A DNA stretch of 64,000 nt from a virus. Lineage: Duplodnaviria; Caudoviricetes. This document shows positions 38,836-49,546 of the stretch, in pieces. The notes below the pieces were generated by a model. That model saw only the letters and a list, made by a program, of their open reading frames with translations. It was not told the origin of the DNA and made no database searches. Within the stretch, counting starts at the first letter, position 1. Each line of letters begins with the position of its first letter. The stretch lies in the IMG/VR virus record IMGVR_UViG_3300021400_000095, one strand, 5' to 3'. The position numbers were made by a program, and so were the translations under genes.

Positions 38836-39684
38836 ATGAGCAGAATTCAAAATTATAGTTTTAGTGGCTATCCTTCAAGTTATGATACAGACATTTCATC
38901 ACAAAATGGAGATAGTTATACAGAAAGGGGTTGTACAGATGTAAGTAGTAGTACATATGCAAGATTTACTGGTTCACAACAAGAAAATAGAACATGGTAT
39001 TACAAATTTAATACAAGCAATATTTCACAGTTTGCTAATATAACTTCAGTATCTTGGAAAGCAAAGGTTACTGTTTCAAAAAATAAAGATACTTGGACAT
39101 TATCACTTTCTAATTTAACTACAAGTGTTGGAGACACACAAACACCTACTAGAGTAAGTACTTATACAACACCTGAAACTAATGGAGGAAATTGGAATGT
39201 AACTGATTTAAATAATTTAAGATTTAAAATTGTTCCAAGTAATAATGTAAATACTAATTATTTTTATGGTGCTGATTTATACATTAATTATTCAATTACA
39301 TGGTATTCTATTTCAACAAATTCATCTGTTGCTGGAACTTCCATTACATCTTCTGCCAGTGAAATTGAGTCAGGTAATAGTATAACATTGACAACAAATG
39401 CAAGTTCATTATCCAATATAAAAATTATAGATAATAATAATGATATTACAAATAATTTTACAGGAAGTAGTGGAAATTATTCTTATACAATATCAAGTAT
39501 TAATTCTGACCATGTAATTTCAGTATCAGAGAAATCAAGTTCATCCAATAGAATTTATCATAAAGAAAATAGTTGGATTGAATATAAAAAAGTATATAAA
39601 AAAAACAACAGTGTGTGGGTAGAACAGCCTATTTCAACAAATTTATTTGATATAGGAACTATTTATTTAAATAACAATATTTAG
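38836..39684 (+). CDS. putative virion beta-sandwich protein
   Basis: Shares domains and C-terminal KVxxK..WxEQxISxxLFD with next gene. Confidence 0.6.
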   Translation: MSRIQNYSFSGYPSSYDTDISSQNGDSYTERGCTDVSSSTYARFTGSQQENRTWYYKFNTSNISQFANITSVSWKAKVTVSKNKDTWTLSLSNLTTSVGDTQTPTRVSTYTTPETNGGNWNVTDLNNLRFKIVPSNNVNTNYFYGADLYINYSITWYSISTNSSVAGTSITSSASEIESGNSITLTTNASSLSNIKIIDNNNDITNNFTGSSGNYSYTISSINSDHVISVSEKSSSSNRIYHKENSWIEYKKVYKKNNSVWVEQPISTNLFDIGTIYLNNNI

Positions 39685-39692
39685 TAATTTAT

Positions 39693-42164
39693 ATGAGTAG
39701 ACCAATTAGTATAACAAGTGCTGCAACTTTTATTCCTTCATCATTTGATAATGTTAATTCTTCATATGCATCAAATTACAATGATGGCAGTACAGCTGTT
39801 GATGGTATTTACAATGGAAATGTAATAAGTAATGGATATACTGATAGTGGCTCAACAACTAGAGCTGCTTTTTATACAAACACAGGACAATCAGCAGAAA
39901 GTTATTTTTATTATAATTTTGATTGTTCTTCAATACCAGAAAGTGCAACAATAAATTCAGTTTCTTGTGTAGTAAAATGTGGTACACAAGGCACTAATTA
40001 TTATAATATAAGACAAGCACAGTTATGTACTAATACCACACCTAAAGGTAATGCTACAACAATAACAGGAACCAATACTAGCCCATCAACACATTCATTA
40101 ACAACAGGAACTTGGACAAGAGAAGAGTTAGCAAATTGTAAAATTAGAATGTATATAACTAAACTTAGTAGTGGGACAGGAGCAACTGGTTATTCTACAG
40201 TTTCATTTTATGGTGCAAGTTTGAAAGTTGAATATTCTGTTGAAGGTAGCATGTATGATATTAATGCTTCAAGTGATACTGATTTAGCAACAGTTGAACC
40301 TTCATCACAAGAAGTTTTTCAAAATCAAAATGGTATTGTTAAAATTAATGTTGATGATGTTAGCAGCATAATTGTTAAAGATAATAATGTTGATGTAACT
40401 GACCAATTGGTTGCAAAACAAAAAGTTACATCTGGTTCTTCTGAAACAGTATTAGGTGAATACACACTTTTAAGTGGTGGGTTTAATGGTAATGGTGCTA
40501 GTTATTTCCAAGGTCTTGTTGGGAAAGGGGTTACAGGTTCTACTACATCATCAAATTATTATAGTTCAGGTAGTAGAACTATTGCTGGTTTTACATACAA
40601 TTTAATTTTTAACAATATCCCATCAAATGCAACAATTACAAGATTATATTGTCAAGTAAATGGACATGCTGAAAGCACCTCAAATAATAATGAATACATG
40701 TGTGCTCAGTTAATACTTGGTACTACTGCAACAACATTAAGTGAAGAACTTAACTTTAAATCCATTGGTACTAGTAATTCAACACAAACAATAGAAGCAA
40801 CAACATTACCAACAGTTGCACAACTTCCAAATTTGAAATTATATTGTAGATTGGGTTATTATGGTGGTGCAATCAATGGTGCAACATGTTATGTTGAATA
40901 TACTATTCCTGATAGTGGTAATCCATATTATTATGAATATACTGTTACAAATATTACTGAAGACCATGTAATACTTGTAACTGAAAATGTTATTATACCA
41001 CCTGAGGAAGACCCTGATAAGACATATTATCCAATAACAATATCTGCAATTAATGCAACAACAACGCCATCAAAAGGTACAACAAGGGTTGAAAGTGGGA
41101 CAAGTGAAACTATTACTATTACACCATCTGACCCAAAATTAACACTTGCATTAGATAATGGTGTTGATATTACAAATCAGTTGGTGAAACATGGTAATAC
41201 ACCTACTTCAGCAATAACAACAGCACCTGGTGCAACTTATGGTTTTACATTAAATACAACAACAGGATATTATACATCAACAAATCAAGGTATTTCAAGT
41301 TCTGCATCTATTGCAAGAGTTACATTCAATTTTTCTGTTAGATACTTAGTTACTTTTGAATATATTAATTATGCTGAAGCAACATATGATTTTGGTGTGT
41401 TTGGTAAAGTTGATACAACATTATCTACATCAGGTTGGAATTCATCACAAACTGCTGGTGATACTACAACAGATGCAGGTTTAGAACAAATAAGATTAAA
41501 CACTGCATCATATAATACACCAACACCACAAACAATAACATATGAAGTGCCTTCAGGTACACATTATATTGATATTAAATATGGTAAAGATGAAGCAACT
41601 GATTCAAACAATGATAATCTTCAATTTAAGATATTATCAATGGAGCCAGTTGATGTTGATTTATATTATACATATGATTTAAATAATATAAATCAGTCAC
41701 ATTCTTTAATTTTCATTTTTGGTGATGTAACATATTACTTTGTAACATCACAAACAAATACAGATTGTAAATTATATCCAAATGGTCAAACAGTTGCATT
41801 ATTAGGTGATTCATATAAACTTACAATTGTACCATCAAATCTTACTGATACTATTTCAGTAACAGACAATGGTGTAGATGTAACAAATAATATTGAAAGA
41901 AAAGAAATAGAAACAGTTAAAGAAGGTGTCCCAACAATATTTGTCAACTATATATATAAATTAACAAATATTCAAAGTGCACATACAATTAATGTTATTT
42001 CTTCCACTGGTAATGTTTTATATTTAAAGAAAAATCAATATATAACAGTATATAAAGTTTTCAGAAAAGAATATAGTGAAAAAGAAAAACAACATATCTG
42101 GTCAGAACAAGAAATTTCTATTGATTTATTTGATAATAATACTATTTATATTAAACATAACTAA
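39693..42164 (+). CDS. large multi-domain virion/adhesin-like protein
   Basis: Repeated DNGVDVT and IPxxATI modules. Confidence 0.65.
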   Translation: MSRPISITSAATFIPSSFDNVNSSYASNYNDGSTAVDGIYNGNVISNGYTDSGSTTRAAFYTNTGQSAESYFYYNFDCSSIPESATINSVSCVVKCGTQGTNYYNIRQAQLCTNTTPKGNATTITGTNTSPSTHSLTTGTWTREELANCKIRMYITKLSSGTGATGYSTVSFYGASLKVEYSVEGSMYDINASSDTDLATVEPSSQEVFQNQNGIVKINVDDVSSIIVKDNNVDVTDQLVAKQKVTSGSSETVLGEYTLLSGGFNGNGASYFQGLVGKGVTGSTTSSNYYSSGSRTIAGFTYNLIFNNIPSNATITRLYCQVNGHAESTSNNNEYMCAQLILGTTATTLSEELNFKSIGTSNSTQTIEATTLPTVAQLPNLKLYCRLGYYGGAINGATCYVEYTIPDSGNPYYYEYTVTNITEDHVILVTENVIIPPEEDPDKTYYPITISAINATTTPSKGTTRVESGTSETITITPSDPKLTLALDNGVDITNQLVKHGNTPTSAITTAPGATYGFTLNTTTGYYTSTNQGISSSASIARVTFNFSVRYLVTFEYINYAEATYDFGVFGKVDTTLSTSGWNSSQTAGDTTTDAGLEQIRLNTASYNTPTPQTITYEVPSGTHYIDIKYGKDEATDSNNDNLQFKILSMEPVDVDLYYTYDLNNINQSHSLIFIFGDVTYYFVTSQTNTDCKLYPNGQTVALLGDSYKLTIVPSNLTDTISVTDNGVDVTNNIERKEIETVKEGVPTIFVNYIYKLTNIQSAHTINVISSTGNVLYLKKNQYITVYKVFRKEYSEKEKQHIWSEQEISIDLFDNNTIYIKHN

Positions 42165-42181
42165 TTCAAATATATAATATT

Positions 42182-42640
42182 ATGACACAAGTTAAATTAA
42201 ATGAGAAAGCATTACATAAATTAATTGCTGAATCAATTGTTAAAATATTAAAAGAGGAAAGAAGTGAAGATGTTGATAATAAAATTATTGACTTAATTTC
42301 ATTTTTACATAATGCACAAAAACCTGTTAGAGAAATTCATTGGAACACAGATAAATATGCTTTACATATGGTAACAGATGAAAGCATTGGTGAATTATGC
42401 TCATGGGAAGATTCATTGGCTGAGACTTTTATCAGTGGAAAGGATATTAAACTTTTAATTAATGAAACCAAACCATCTTCAAATGAAGATTATAAAGCAA
42501 TTATGGAAGAATTAATTAATTTAGCAAGTGAAATTAAAGAAATGATTTCAGACAATAAGGACTATGATAACATTTGTGCTGTTGTTGATGAAATTTTAGA
42601 AACCTCAAATCAATTAATTTATAAGGCTCAATTAAACTAA
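42182..42640 (+). CDS. ferritin/Dps-like (DUF5856-like) protein with L-x-E leader
   Basis: EIHWNTDKYALH...D...E; DEILETSNQLIY. Confidence 0.6.
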   Translation: MTQVKLNEKALHKLIAESIVKILKEERSEDVDNKIIDLISFLHNAQKPVREIHWNTDKYALHMVTDESIGELCSWEDSLAETFISGKDIKLLINETKPSSNEDYKAIMEELINLASEIKEMISDNKDYDNICAVVDEILETSNQLIYKAQLN

Positions 42641-42649
42641 TATATTGTT

Positions 42650-42904
42650 ATGGAAAAGAAAGTTGTTAATATAAATGAAAAAGAACTTAAATCTATGGTT
42701 GTTGAATGTGTTGCAAAAATTTTAAAAGAAGGTTCAACAAATAGTAAAGTTCTTGAAGCATGGGATGAAATGACAGAACAAGTTGGTGCACAAGCAATGC
42801 TTGATATGGTTTATTCAGCACTTAGTCATGACCAATTAGTAGACCTTATTAAATACTTCAATAGAGTATATGAATTTGGAATTGATATGGATAATATTTA
42901 TTAA
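42650..42904 (+). CDS. small protein with L-x-E leader
   Basis: NINEKELKSMVVECVAKILKE. Confidence 0.65.
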   Translation: MEKKVVNINEKELKSMVVECVAKILKEGSTNSKVLEAWDEMTEQVGAQAMLDMVYSALSHDQLVDLIKYFNRVYEFGIDMDNIY

Positions 42905-42916
42905 AATGTTTTTATT

Positions 42917-43186
42917 ATGCCAGCAAAAAGTAAATCACAACAAAGATTGTTTGGAATGGTTCATGCTTATCAAAAAGGTGAACTAAAACATCCTTCTGAA
43001 GAAATTAAAAACATTGCAAATTCAATATCAAAAAAAGATGCTGAAGATTTTGCAGAAACAAAACATAAAGGACTTCCAAACAAAGTAAAGAAAACTAAAA
43101 ATGAATCAGTTAAACTAACTGAAAGTCAATTGAATTCAATAATTACTGAATCTATTAACAAGTATATTAAAAAATATTTTAAATAA
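42917..43186 (+). CDS. DUF3008-like protein with C-terminal L-x-E motif
   Basis: MPAKSKSQQRLFGMV...DFAETKHKGLP. Confidence 0.75.
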   Translation: MPAKSKSQQRLFGMVHAYQKGELKHPSEEIKNIANSISKKDAEDFAETKHKGLPNKVKKTKNESVKLTESQLNSIITESINKYIKKYFK

Positions 43187-43234
43187 AAAAAGACCTGATT
43201 AACTCAGGTCTTTTTATTTTATTTATTATTTAAA

Positions 43235-44338
43235 TTAGTCAACATCAGCACACTCAACAACAACATATGCTGCCCTGCTTGCTTCAGGAAGTGCATTGAT
43301 ATCAAGTTCAGTAGAGGTCTTGACATTGGTTGCACCAAAGGTCTTTGCAAGATATTCCTTAACAACCTTTGCTCTCTCACTTGCAAGATAATTGTTCCTA
43401 CTCTTAGAGCCAGTCTTGGTATCAGCAGAACCAATTACCTGAACAGGACTATTCTTATCAAAAGACTTAACAAAAGTATCAAGCTTTGCCTTCTCAACAG
43501 CACTCAAAGTTGCACTACCAATAGGGAAAGAAACTACAGTTGAACCACCTTCAATAACAGGAACCTCCTTAACAACTTCCTTGACAACTTCCTTCTCAAC
43601 AACAACCTCCTTGACAACAGGCTTCCTACCTTCAAGTTCAGCAATCCTTGCCATTGCAGCATCATAATCTGCCTTACTATAAGCATAGTTATTGGTTACA
43701 AAGTTATGGGAATTAACCCTTCTATTACCAAACTTATAGGTAACACCAACAGTAAGATTAGCAAATGCATTTTCAAACTTAGGGTTGATAACATTATGGT
43801 CACTGACAGCTTCACCCCTATTCATCCAAAGAACAGCAGGTCTTACATTGATTTGCCATGCCCTTGCCTTACCAAGATTAACATTGACCTCAGCAGCAGC
43901 CCTATAGTTAAAGTAATTCCTATCCTTAAGTTCATCAAGGTTGCCATAATCATGTCCCCAACCAATACCAGGAACAGCAACTACCTCAACCCTCCTTGGA
44001 TAACCCTTATATCCACCAAAAAGATTAGAAAGGTTCAACTTACCATTAGCAAGGACACTGTGCTGGTCAACAAAAGTATGAGCACCAGGAGTTCCAAACA
44101 ATGCAGTACCCTCAACACTGAAACCCCAAACAGGAGTTACATAAGTACCAACTTCAAGAGCAGCAGTGGGTCTGGCATTATGTACAAAGTCACTGAAAGA
44201 TGCTGCATTGAGTGCAGAAACAGCACCACCATTAACATTAACATAAGGCATACCAAATGCACCTACATACTCATAATTCTGTGCAGAAGCCATAATTGCA
44301 ATGGCCATAGCTGCAATAATACTAAAAATTTTCTTCAT
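43235..44338 (-). CDS. OmpA-family outer membrane protein
   Basis: Signal peptide MKKIFSIIAAMAIAIMASA; barrel ending VGVTYKFG; GSADTKTG...NNYLASERA. Confidence 0.88.
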   Translation of the reverse strand: MKKIFSIIAAMAIAIMASAQNYEYVGAFGMPYVNVNGGAVSALNAASFSDFVHNARPTAALEVGTYVTPVWGFSVEGTALFGTPGAHTFVDQHSVLANGKLNLSNLFGGYKGYPRRVEVVAVPGIGWGHDYGNLDELKDRNYFNYRAAAEVNVNLGKARAWQINVRPAVLWMNRGEAVSDHNVINPKFENAFANLTVGVTYKFGNRRVNSHNFVTNNYAYSKADYDAAMARIAELEGRKPVVKEVVVEKEVVKEVVKEVPVIEGGSTVVSFPIGSATLSAVEKAKLDTFVKSFDKNSPVQVIGSADTKTGSKSRNNYLASERAKVVKEYLAKTFGATNVKTSTELDINALPEASRAAYVVVECADVD

Positions 44339-44405
44339 AATTTTAATTTTTAAAATGTTATTTAACAATAATTTTTTTCTTATTCAAATTGTGTAGATAT
44401 TCTTT

Positions 44406-44471
44406 ATCAAAAATCATGCCACAATCATGTTTAGTTTTGCAAATATATATTAAAAAATTTAAAAAACCAAA
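44406..44471 (-). promoter_or_regulatory. tandem sigmaA promoter (44440-44471) and sigma54-like box (44406-44422)
   Basis: TTTG-N20-TATATTTG; GTGGCATGATTTTTGAT. Confidence 0.65.
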
Positions 44472-44604
44472 TTATTTATAAAAAAAATCAAATAATTTAA
44501 ATCTTTTGCCAATTTCTTCAGGTGTCATTTCTTTAATGTCCATATCAGTTAATTGATTTAATCTTTTCCATTTCCTATAACAGAATAGTTTTTTCAAAAA
44601 TAGT

Positions 44605-45603
44605 TTAATCTCCATTTTCAGCAATTTTATTTACACAATCAGATATTGCAGATGTCCAATGTCTGATATATGATTTATTATTATTTAATGATAAAAGTTT
44701 ATCAAGGCATAAAACACTATATTCTGGCCTGATAATATTATCAAAAGGTTTTTCTCTTGGTGCAATTTGATTATTGCCATTTACAATGCCTTCAATGAAT
44801 TTTGCCATATCATACCAAGAAGCAAGTCCTAAGTTAGCAAAATTTAATATATGAGCATAATTAATTGGGTCAAAACCATTGTTCCAATTGTTATTTATTT
44901 CATTTGTAATAAAGCATCCATCTTCCATTTCAATTTTATTAATAATGAAATTTGCCAAATCCATTGCATATGTTGGTGAACCAATCTGTGTTAAAACAAC
45001 TTCAAGATTTTCACCATTGATTATTTTGTTATATATTGTCTTTACAAAATTTTTACCATATTCAGAAAATAACCAAGAAACAATAATTACAACAAATCTT
45101 GGTGTTTGTGGGATTTTCTTCATTTCATTGAATAATTCCCTTATCCCAAGCAATTTACTTAAACCATATTTATTGATTTTTTCATTGGCATATATTGCAA
45201 AATCTTCATTCTTATATGACCAATGTATTTCATTTTCTTTAATTGGCTTATTTTCATATGTTCTATACATATAATCAGTACCAAAATGTACTAAGAATAT
45301 ATCATATTTATTACATAATATGGCAAGATTTTTAACAGCATCCCTATTAATTAATAGTGCCTTTTTAAAACCATCTGTTGTTTCAGCATTTTTTACATCA
45401 GTATAAGCAGCACAATTAATAATTATTTCAATATCTTCATTGTCTTGAAGATATTTTTCCATTTGTTTAATATTAGTTATATCAAAATCAGTTCTATTGG
45501 TAAAAATATATTGGTCAATGTAAGGACTGCTTTCAATAGCCTTCCTTAAACATTGACCTAATTGACCATTTGAACCTGTAATTAAAATTTTTCCTTTAAT
45601 CAT
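44605..45603 (-). CDS. rmlD: dTDP-4-dehydrorhamnose reductase
   Basis: GSNGQLG, NCAAYTDV, TDY, YGLSK, GSPTYAMDLA, RPEYSVL. Confidence 0.88.
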   Translation of the reverse strand: MIKGKILITGSNGQLGQCLRKAIESSPYIDQYIFTNRTDFDITNIKQMEKYLQDNEDIEIIINCAAYTDVKNAETTDGFKKALLINRDAVKNLAILCNKYDIFLVHFGTDYMYRTYENKPIKENEIHWSYKNEDFAIYANEKINKYGLSKLLGIRELFNEMKKIPQTPRFVVIIVSWLFSEYGKNFVKTIYNKIINGENLEVVLTQIGSPTYAMDLANFIINKIEMEDGCFITNEINNNWNNGFDPINYAHILNFANLGLASWYDMAKFIEGIVNGNNQIAPREKPFDNIIRPEYSVLCLDKLLSLNNNKSYIRHWTSAISDCVNKIAENGD

Positions 45604-45605
45604 GA

Positions 45606-46514
45606 TTAGATAGTTTGTACAAATTCACTTTCTATATTGAATAGACTGTTGGTTGTAAATATTTTCTTAACAGTACCATTTTGAAGTCTTTCAAGTAAAA
45701 TACTCTTATCAGCATCAAGAACACTCTTTTCACAATGTGTTGCATAGGCATAAATCTCTTTTGCACCAAGTTCCTTTAATTTATCAGCACTGATTGAAAA
45801 TGTTCCACCATAAGAAATAATATCATCAACCATCAGAACAGTTTTACCTTCCAAAACTTTTACATTTTTTTTGTCAGATTTAAGTTCATAACCATTCCTA
45901 TCATTAATAGTTAAACCAAGAATTTTTCCTGTTGCCCAGTCTCTGTTTTTTATACCATAAAGAACCTCTCTATTACCAAACAAATTAGTATCACAATATC
46001 TTTTCATTGCACCATTATCTGGAAAGTAAATAACAAGTCTTTCAATCATTTTTACACATCCATCATTACTATGCTCTTGATTAAGATTAACATTAAATTC
46101 AAGGTATTCCATCACTCTCTTAACATAATCTTCCCAAGGAAGGATTGTTACATTATTAATAAGAGCAGGAGTAACATTTGAATGAGGGTCCAAAATGTAA
46201 ACATTATTTAAATTAAGTTCATTAATAAACTTTGCAAAATATTTAAGAGTAAATACTTCATCATTTGCTTTAGTTCTATCCATTCTGGCATTAGGGAAAT
46301 ACAATACATAAAGATTTATAATTGCATTTTTCTTTTTATCTCTTAAATGATTTACAGCATACCACAAAGTCATACATTCCTCTTCATTCTCATATGCCCA
46401 TGTAATAGTAAATAGATTTGGAATTTCTTGCACAAAACCAGTATCAAGTTTAAAAAATTGAGTGTTATCTGGAAAATGCTTAGTACTTATTTTTTCATTA
46501 TTAACAGAAATCAT
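45606..46514 (-). CDS. phage-type ribose-phosphate pyrophosphokinase-like protein
   Basis: FPD, YFPNARMDR, DPHS, PDNGAMKRY, VDDIISYGGTF, YATH. Confidence 0.85.
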   Translation of the reverse strand: MISVNNEKISTKHFPDNTQFFKLDTGFVQEIPNLFTITWAYENEEECMTLWYAVNHLRDKKKNAIINLYVLYFPNARMDRTKANDEVFTLKYFAKFINELNLNNVYILDPHSNVTPALINNVTILPWEDYVKRVMEYLEFNVNLNQEHSNDGCVKMIERLVIYFPDNGAMKRYCDTNLFGNREVLYGIKNRDWATGKILGLTINDRNGYELKSDKKNVKVLEGKTVLMVDDIISYGGTFSISADKLKELGAKEIYAYATHCEKSVLDADKSILLERLQNGTVKKIFTTNSLFNIESEFVQTI

Positions 46515-46525
46515 ACCTTATCAAT

Positions 46526-46942
46526 TTAATTTAACATTTTTAATGCTTCAATATAAAGATTTAATCTTTCAGTAAACTTTTTATTAATTTTTTCTTTTTC
46601 TTTCTTTTGCCAATCAAATAATTCAAGTTGCCTTTCTTTAAGCCAAAAAGATAAATTATTTTCTACAAATTTAAGGTTTTCATTAAGTATAAAAATACCA
46701 TAATTGGACTTAGACATGAATTCAACTTTATTCTTTGGGATATGTATTTTGTTTTGATTTTTTTCAAACTTTCTTTCTTCACAAGAAAATGTAATCTCAT
46801 ATAAAGTTCCTGTATCTATGATATTTTCAATTGTTATATATACAGGTAAAATAAGAAAATTTAATTTTTTTGTCTTATAATCTATACATGCTTTAGCATA
46901 ATAAAATGCTTTATGTAATATTTCTTTAATATCTTCCATCAT
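46526..46942 (-). CDS. hypothetical protein
   Basis: ORF in operon. Confidence 0.6.
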   Translation of the reverse strand: MMEDIKEILHKAFYYAKACIDYKTKKLNFLILPVYITIENIIDTGTLYEITFSCEERKFEKNQNKIHIPKNKVEFMSKSNYGIFILNENLKFVENNLSFWLKERQLELFDWQKKEKEKINKKFTERLNLYIEALKMLN

Positions 46943-47366
46943 TTTTTACATTATTAATTCCTTGATAAATTAAAGCATTGATAGCATTAATAAATGAATT
47001 ATCATTAAAAATACTACTTTGTAAATTTTTCATAAACAAATTAGCAAACATGCTTAAAGCCATTTTTTGAATACTACCTTCTTCAGTAAGATATTCTTTG
47101 ATTTTTTTCTTTACTTCATCAAATATTGGATTGCAATCAACATTATTAATAATTTTAGTAAATATTGATGATGGCTCATTTGAAATTTCTCCCCAATGAT
47201 TTCTTTTTTCAACCAAAAAAAGTTTTTTCATTTCTTCATCATTTGCAAGATACTCACTCATTGCCTTTACAATAATATCATGTAATTCATCTTTTGAGAA
47301 AGCATTTAATTCATTATCCAAAACATCTTTGAATCTTGTTTCATCTAAATTAACCTCTATCTTCAT
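46926..47366 (-). CDS. hypothetical protein
   Basis: ORF in operon. Confidence 0.6.
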   Translation of the reverse strand: MKIEVNLDETRFKDVLDNELNAFSKDELHDIIVKAMSEYLANDEEMKKLFLVEKRNHWGEISNEPSSIFTKIINNVDCNPIFDEVKKKIKEYLTEEGSIQKMALSMFANLFMKNLQSSIFNDNSFINAINALIYQGINNVKNDGRY

Positions 47367-47379
47367 ATTTTTATATAAT

Positions 47380-47643
47380 TTATACCAAGTTATATTTTAC
47401 AATAGGCCCATTATTAATATATGGAATAGCCCTGATTGTATTGTAATCAATAAACTCCATTGCATCCTCAACAGTCATACCATCTTCTTCAACAAGACAA
47501 TCTACCATTTTATCATAATCATAAATTACTCTATTGTCTTGTGAAATACCAATAAATGCATTGGCATAATCTGGATTTTCAAAAACAACTGCTTCCTCAG
47601 TACCATTATCTATTAATAATGTTTTTAATTCATCTAATGTCAT
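47380..47643 (-). CDS. phage hypothetical protein
   Basis: AFIG...IYDYDKM...DAMEFIDYN; sigmaA promoter 47661-47692. Confidence 0.7.
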   Translation of the reverse strand: MTLDELKTLLIDNGTEEAVVFENPDYANAFIGISQDNRVIYDYDKMVDCLVEEDGMTVEDAMEFIDYNTIRAIPYINNGPIVKYNLV

Positions 47644-47680
47644 AACAAATTATTTTTTTACAAATATATGATTTCTTTTT

Positions 47681-48835
47681 TTAATTAACAAACTTTTTCA
47701 TAACATAACAATTGTTAACAATAATCCATGAAATAATTGTATTAATTAATATTACAATAATAAACAATGCAATATATTCACCATTTGTCAATTGAACCTT
47801 AATATATTCAAAATCTTTGAATTCTTTTCTTTTCCAATTGTTTAGGTTTTGAATTAGCCATTCACCATATTCTGATATATTAAGTTTTTCATTATTCCTA
47901 TATTTTTCCATTGTACTAATTGAAAGAAATGGTTCATCTTCCCATGAAAAAGAATAACACCAATCAACTGTTCTATCAGAATTAACCCCAAAACAAACTA
48001 TTAATTCATTTTTATTCCCACCTTCCCAATATGCCTGTTGTTTAAATGCTTGCTCAATACCAACATTGGATGGAAATAAAAGAACAAACAATCTGAATTG
48101 TTTTAACTTTCCATAATAGCCATTAATGTATTTAATAGTTTCAATTTCCTCTTGGTTTACATTTATACTATTAGTAAGAATTGTATTTTGGTCTAAATTA
48201 TCTATTTTTGGATATTCAAACAAGTTAAGTTCTTTTGCTTGTTTTTTTGTAATTTTTTCAAATTTAAATATTGAATTTGATTTCCTGACTTTGTTTTTGT
48301 AATAATGTGTTGTTGTAATTGTCCTAATTGTGTTTCTTGTTTTTGGCCAATAATAATCCTGAGCATCACCATCCTTTCTATAATAATGCCTATGCATATC
48401 AACAAAAACTTTTTGAGGATGATTGAATCTATTTAAAATTTCATTGAATTGTTCTTTGGTTAAGATATGTTCATCTTTACTTAAATTGTCAACATATATC
48501 CAATATTCATTATGATATGCTCTATATGAACAATCATATTCCTCTGTTTTATAAATTGTATTACCATCACTATCTTCACCAACTGCAACCTCTCTGGTAC
48601 AAGTTTGTTCTATCCATTCATCCCAATCATCATAATGCCTTATCTTTTCAATATATCCACCAAAATATTCAATATCATTAGTTTTTGAACTTTTAAATAT
48701 CCAAATGAATGACAATGTAATTATTATAGAACTACATATTAGTATAATGTACTCAAAAAAAGTTACTTTTTCCTTATAAAAATTTAAAAGGAAAAAAGCA
48801 ACAATAAAAGGTATAAAAAATAAAATGATTTCCAC
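47681..48835 (-). CDS. membrane protein partnered with LemA-like gene
   Basis: N- and C-terminal TM helices; YWEGGNKNE. Confidence 0.7.
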   Translation of the reverse strand: MEIILFFIPFIVAFFLLNFYKEKVTFFEYIILICSSIIITLSFIWIFKSSKTNDIEYFGGYIEKIRHYDDWDEWIEQTCTREVAVGEDSDGNTIYKTEEYDCSYRAYHNEYWIYVDNLSKDEHILTKEQFNEILNRFNHPQKVFVDMHRHYYRKDGDAQDYYWPKTRNTIRTITTTHYYKNKVRKSNSIFKFEKITKKQAKELNLFEYPKIDNLDQNTILTNSINVNQEEIETIKYINGYYGKLKQFRLFVLLFPSNVGIEQAFKQQAYWEGGNKNELIVCFGVNSDRTVDWCYSFSWEDEPFLSISTMEKYRNNEKLNISEYGEWLIQNLNNWKRKEFKDFEYIKVQLTNGEYIALFIIVILINTIISWIIVNNCYVMKKFVN

Positions 48836-48962
48836 TACCTCAGCAAATCAATAAACATTGGAACAAAAGGTAAATACATATCAACAAGCCAATTATATTT
48901 AATGCTATTGAAAGAAAACCTTTCAAACCATATCATGAATTTGTAAAATAAAATCTTCATAA

Positions 48963-49502
48963 TTAAAATAAATTAATATTATCATCAAGTCCTGTTTCCC
49001 TAACAGTTTTTGCTATTGTAGAACTAATTAAAACATATTCAATATGAGACTTGTCCTTGATAAACCACTTTGAAGGATATGTGGAAATAAGAACCTCATG
49101 CTCTCTTACAATATCAATGAGTCTTTCCTGTGACTTTTGAAACTCAGTCCTATAAATCTCAATTGAAGCCATTAAATCTTTATACAATGAGGAATCAAAA
49201 TCTGGATTATCTTCTTGAATCCATTTCATTAAACTCCCATCACCACTTGAATATCTACCACTGATAATTTCAGGATAAATTTCCTTAAAGGCTTCCTTAT
49301 ATTCATTGGAAACCTGTGCTTTTTGCTGAAGGATTTTCCACATTTTGTCATAAACACCTTCAACCTTGTCATACTGAGCAACAGCTTCTTTCCTAAGTCT
49401 AATTTCACTGTTGTTATAACTAAAATAAAGTGAAGCACCAAGTACAACACCAATTCCAATAATAACAAAACAAATTAAGGTAATAATGCCATTCTTTTTC
49501 AT
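48963..49502 (-). CDS. LemA-like membrane-anchored protein
   Basis: N-terminal TM, helical body; sigma54-like box GTGGCATGATTTTTGAA at 49539-49555. Confidence 0.6.
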   Translation of the reverse strand: MKKNGIITLICFVIIGIGVVLGASLYFSYNNSEIRLRKEAVAQYDKVEGVYDKMWKILQQKAQVSNEYKEAFKEIYPEIISGRYSSGDGSLMKWIQEDNPDFDSSLYKDLMASIEIYRTEFQKSQERLIDIVREHEVLISTYPSKWFIKDKSHIEYVLISSTIAKTVRETGLDDNINLF

Positions 49503-49546
49503 AAATATTTTGCTTTTTGTTTATTTAAATGTTAACTCTTCAAAAA

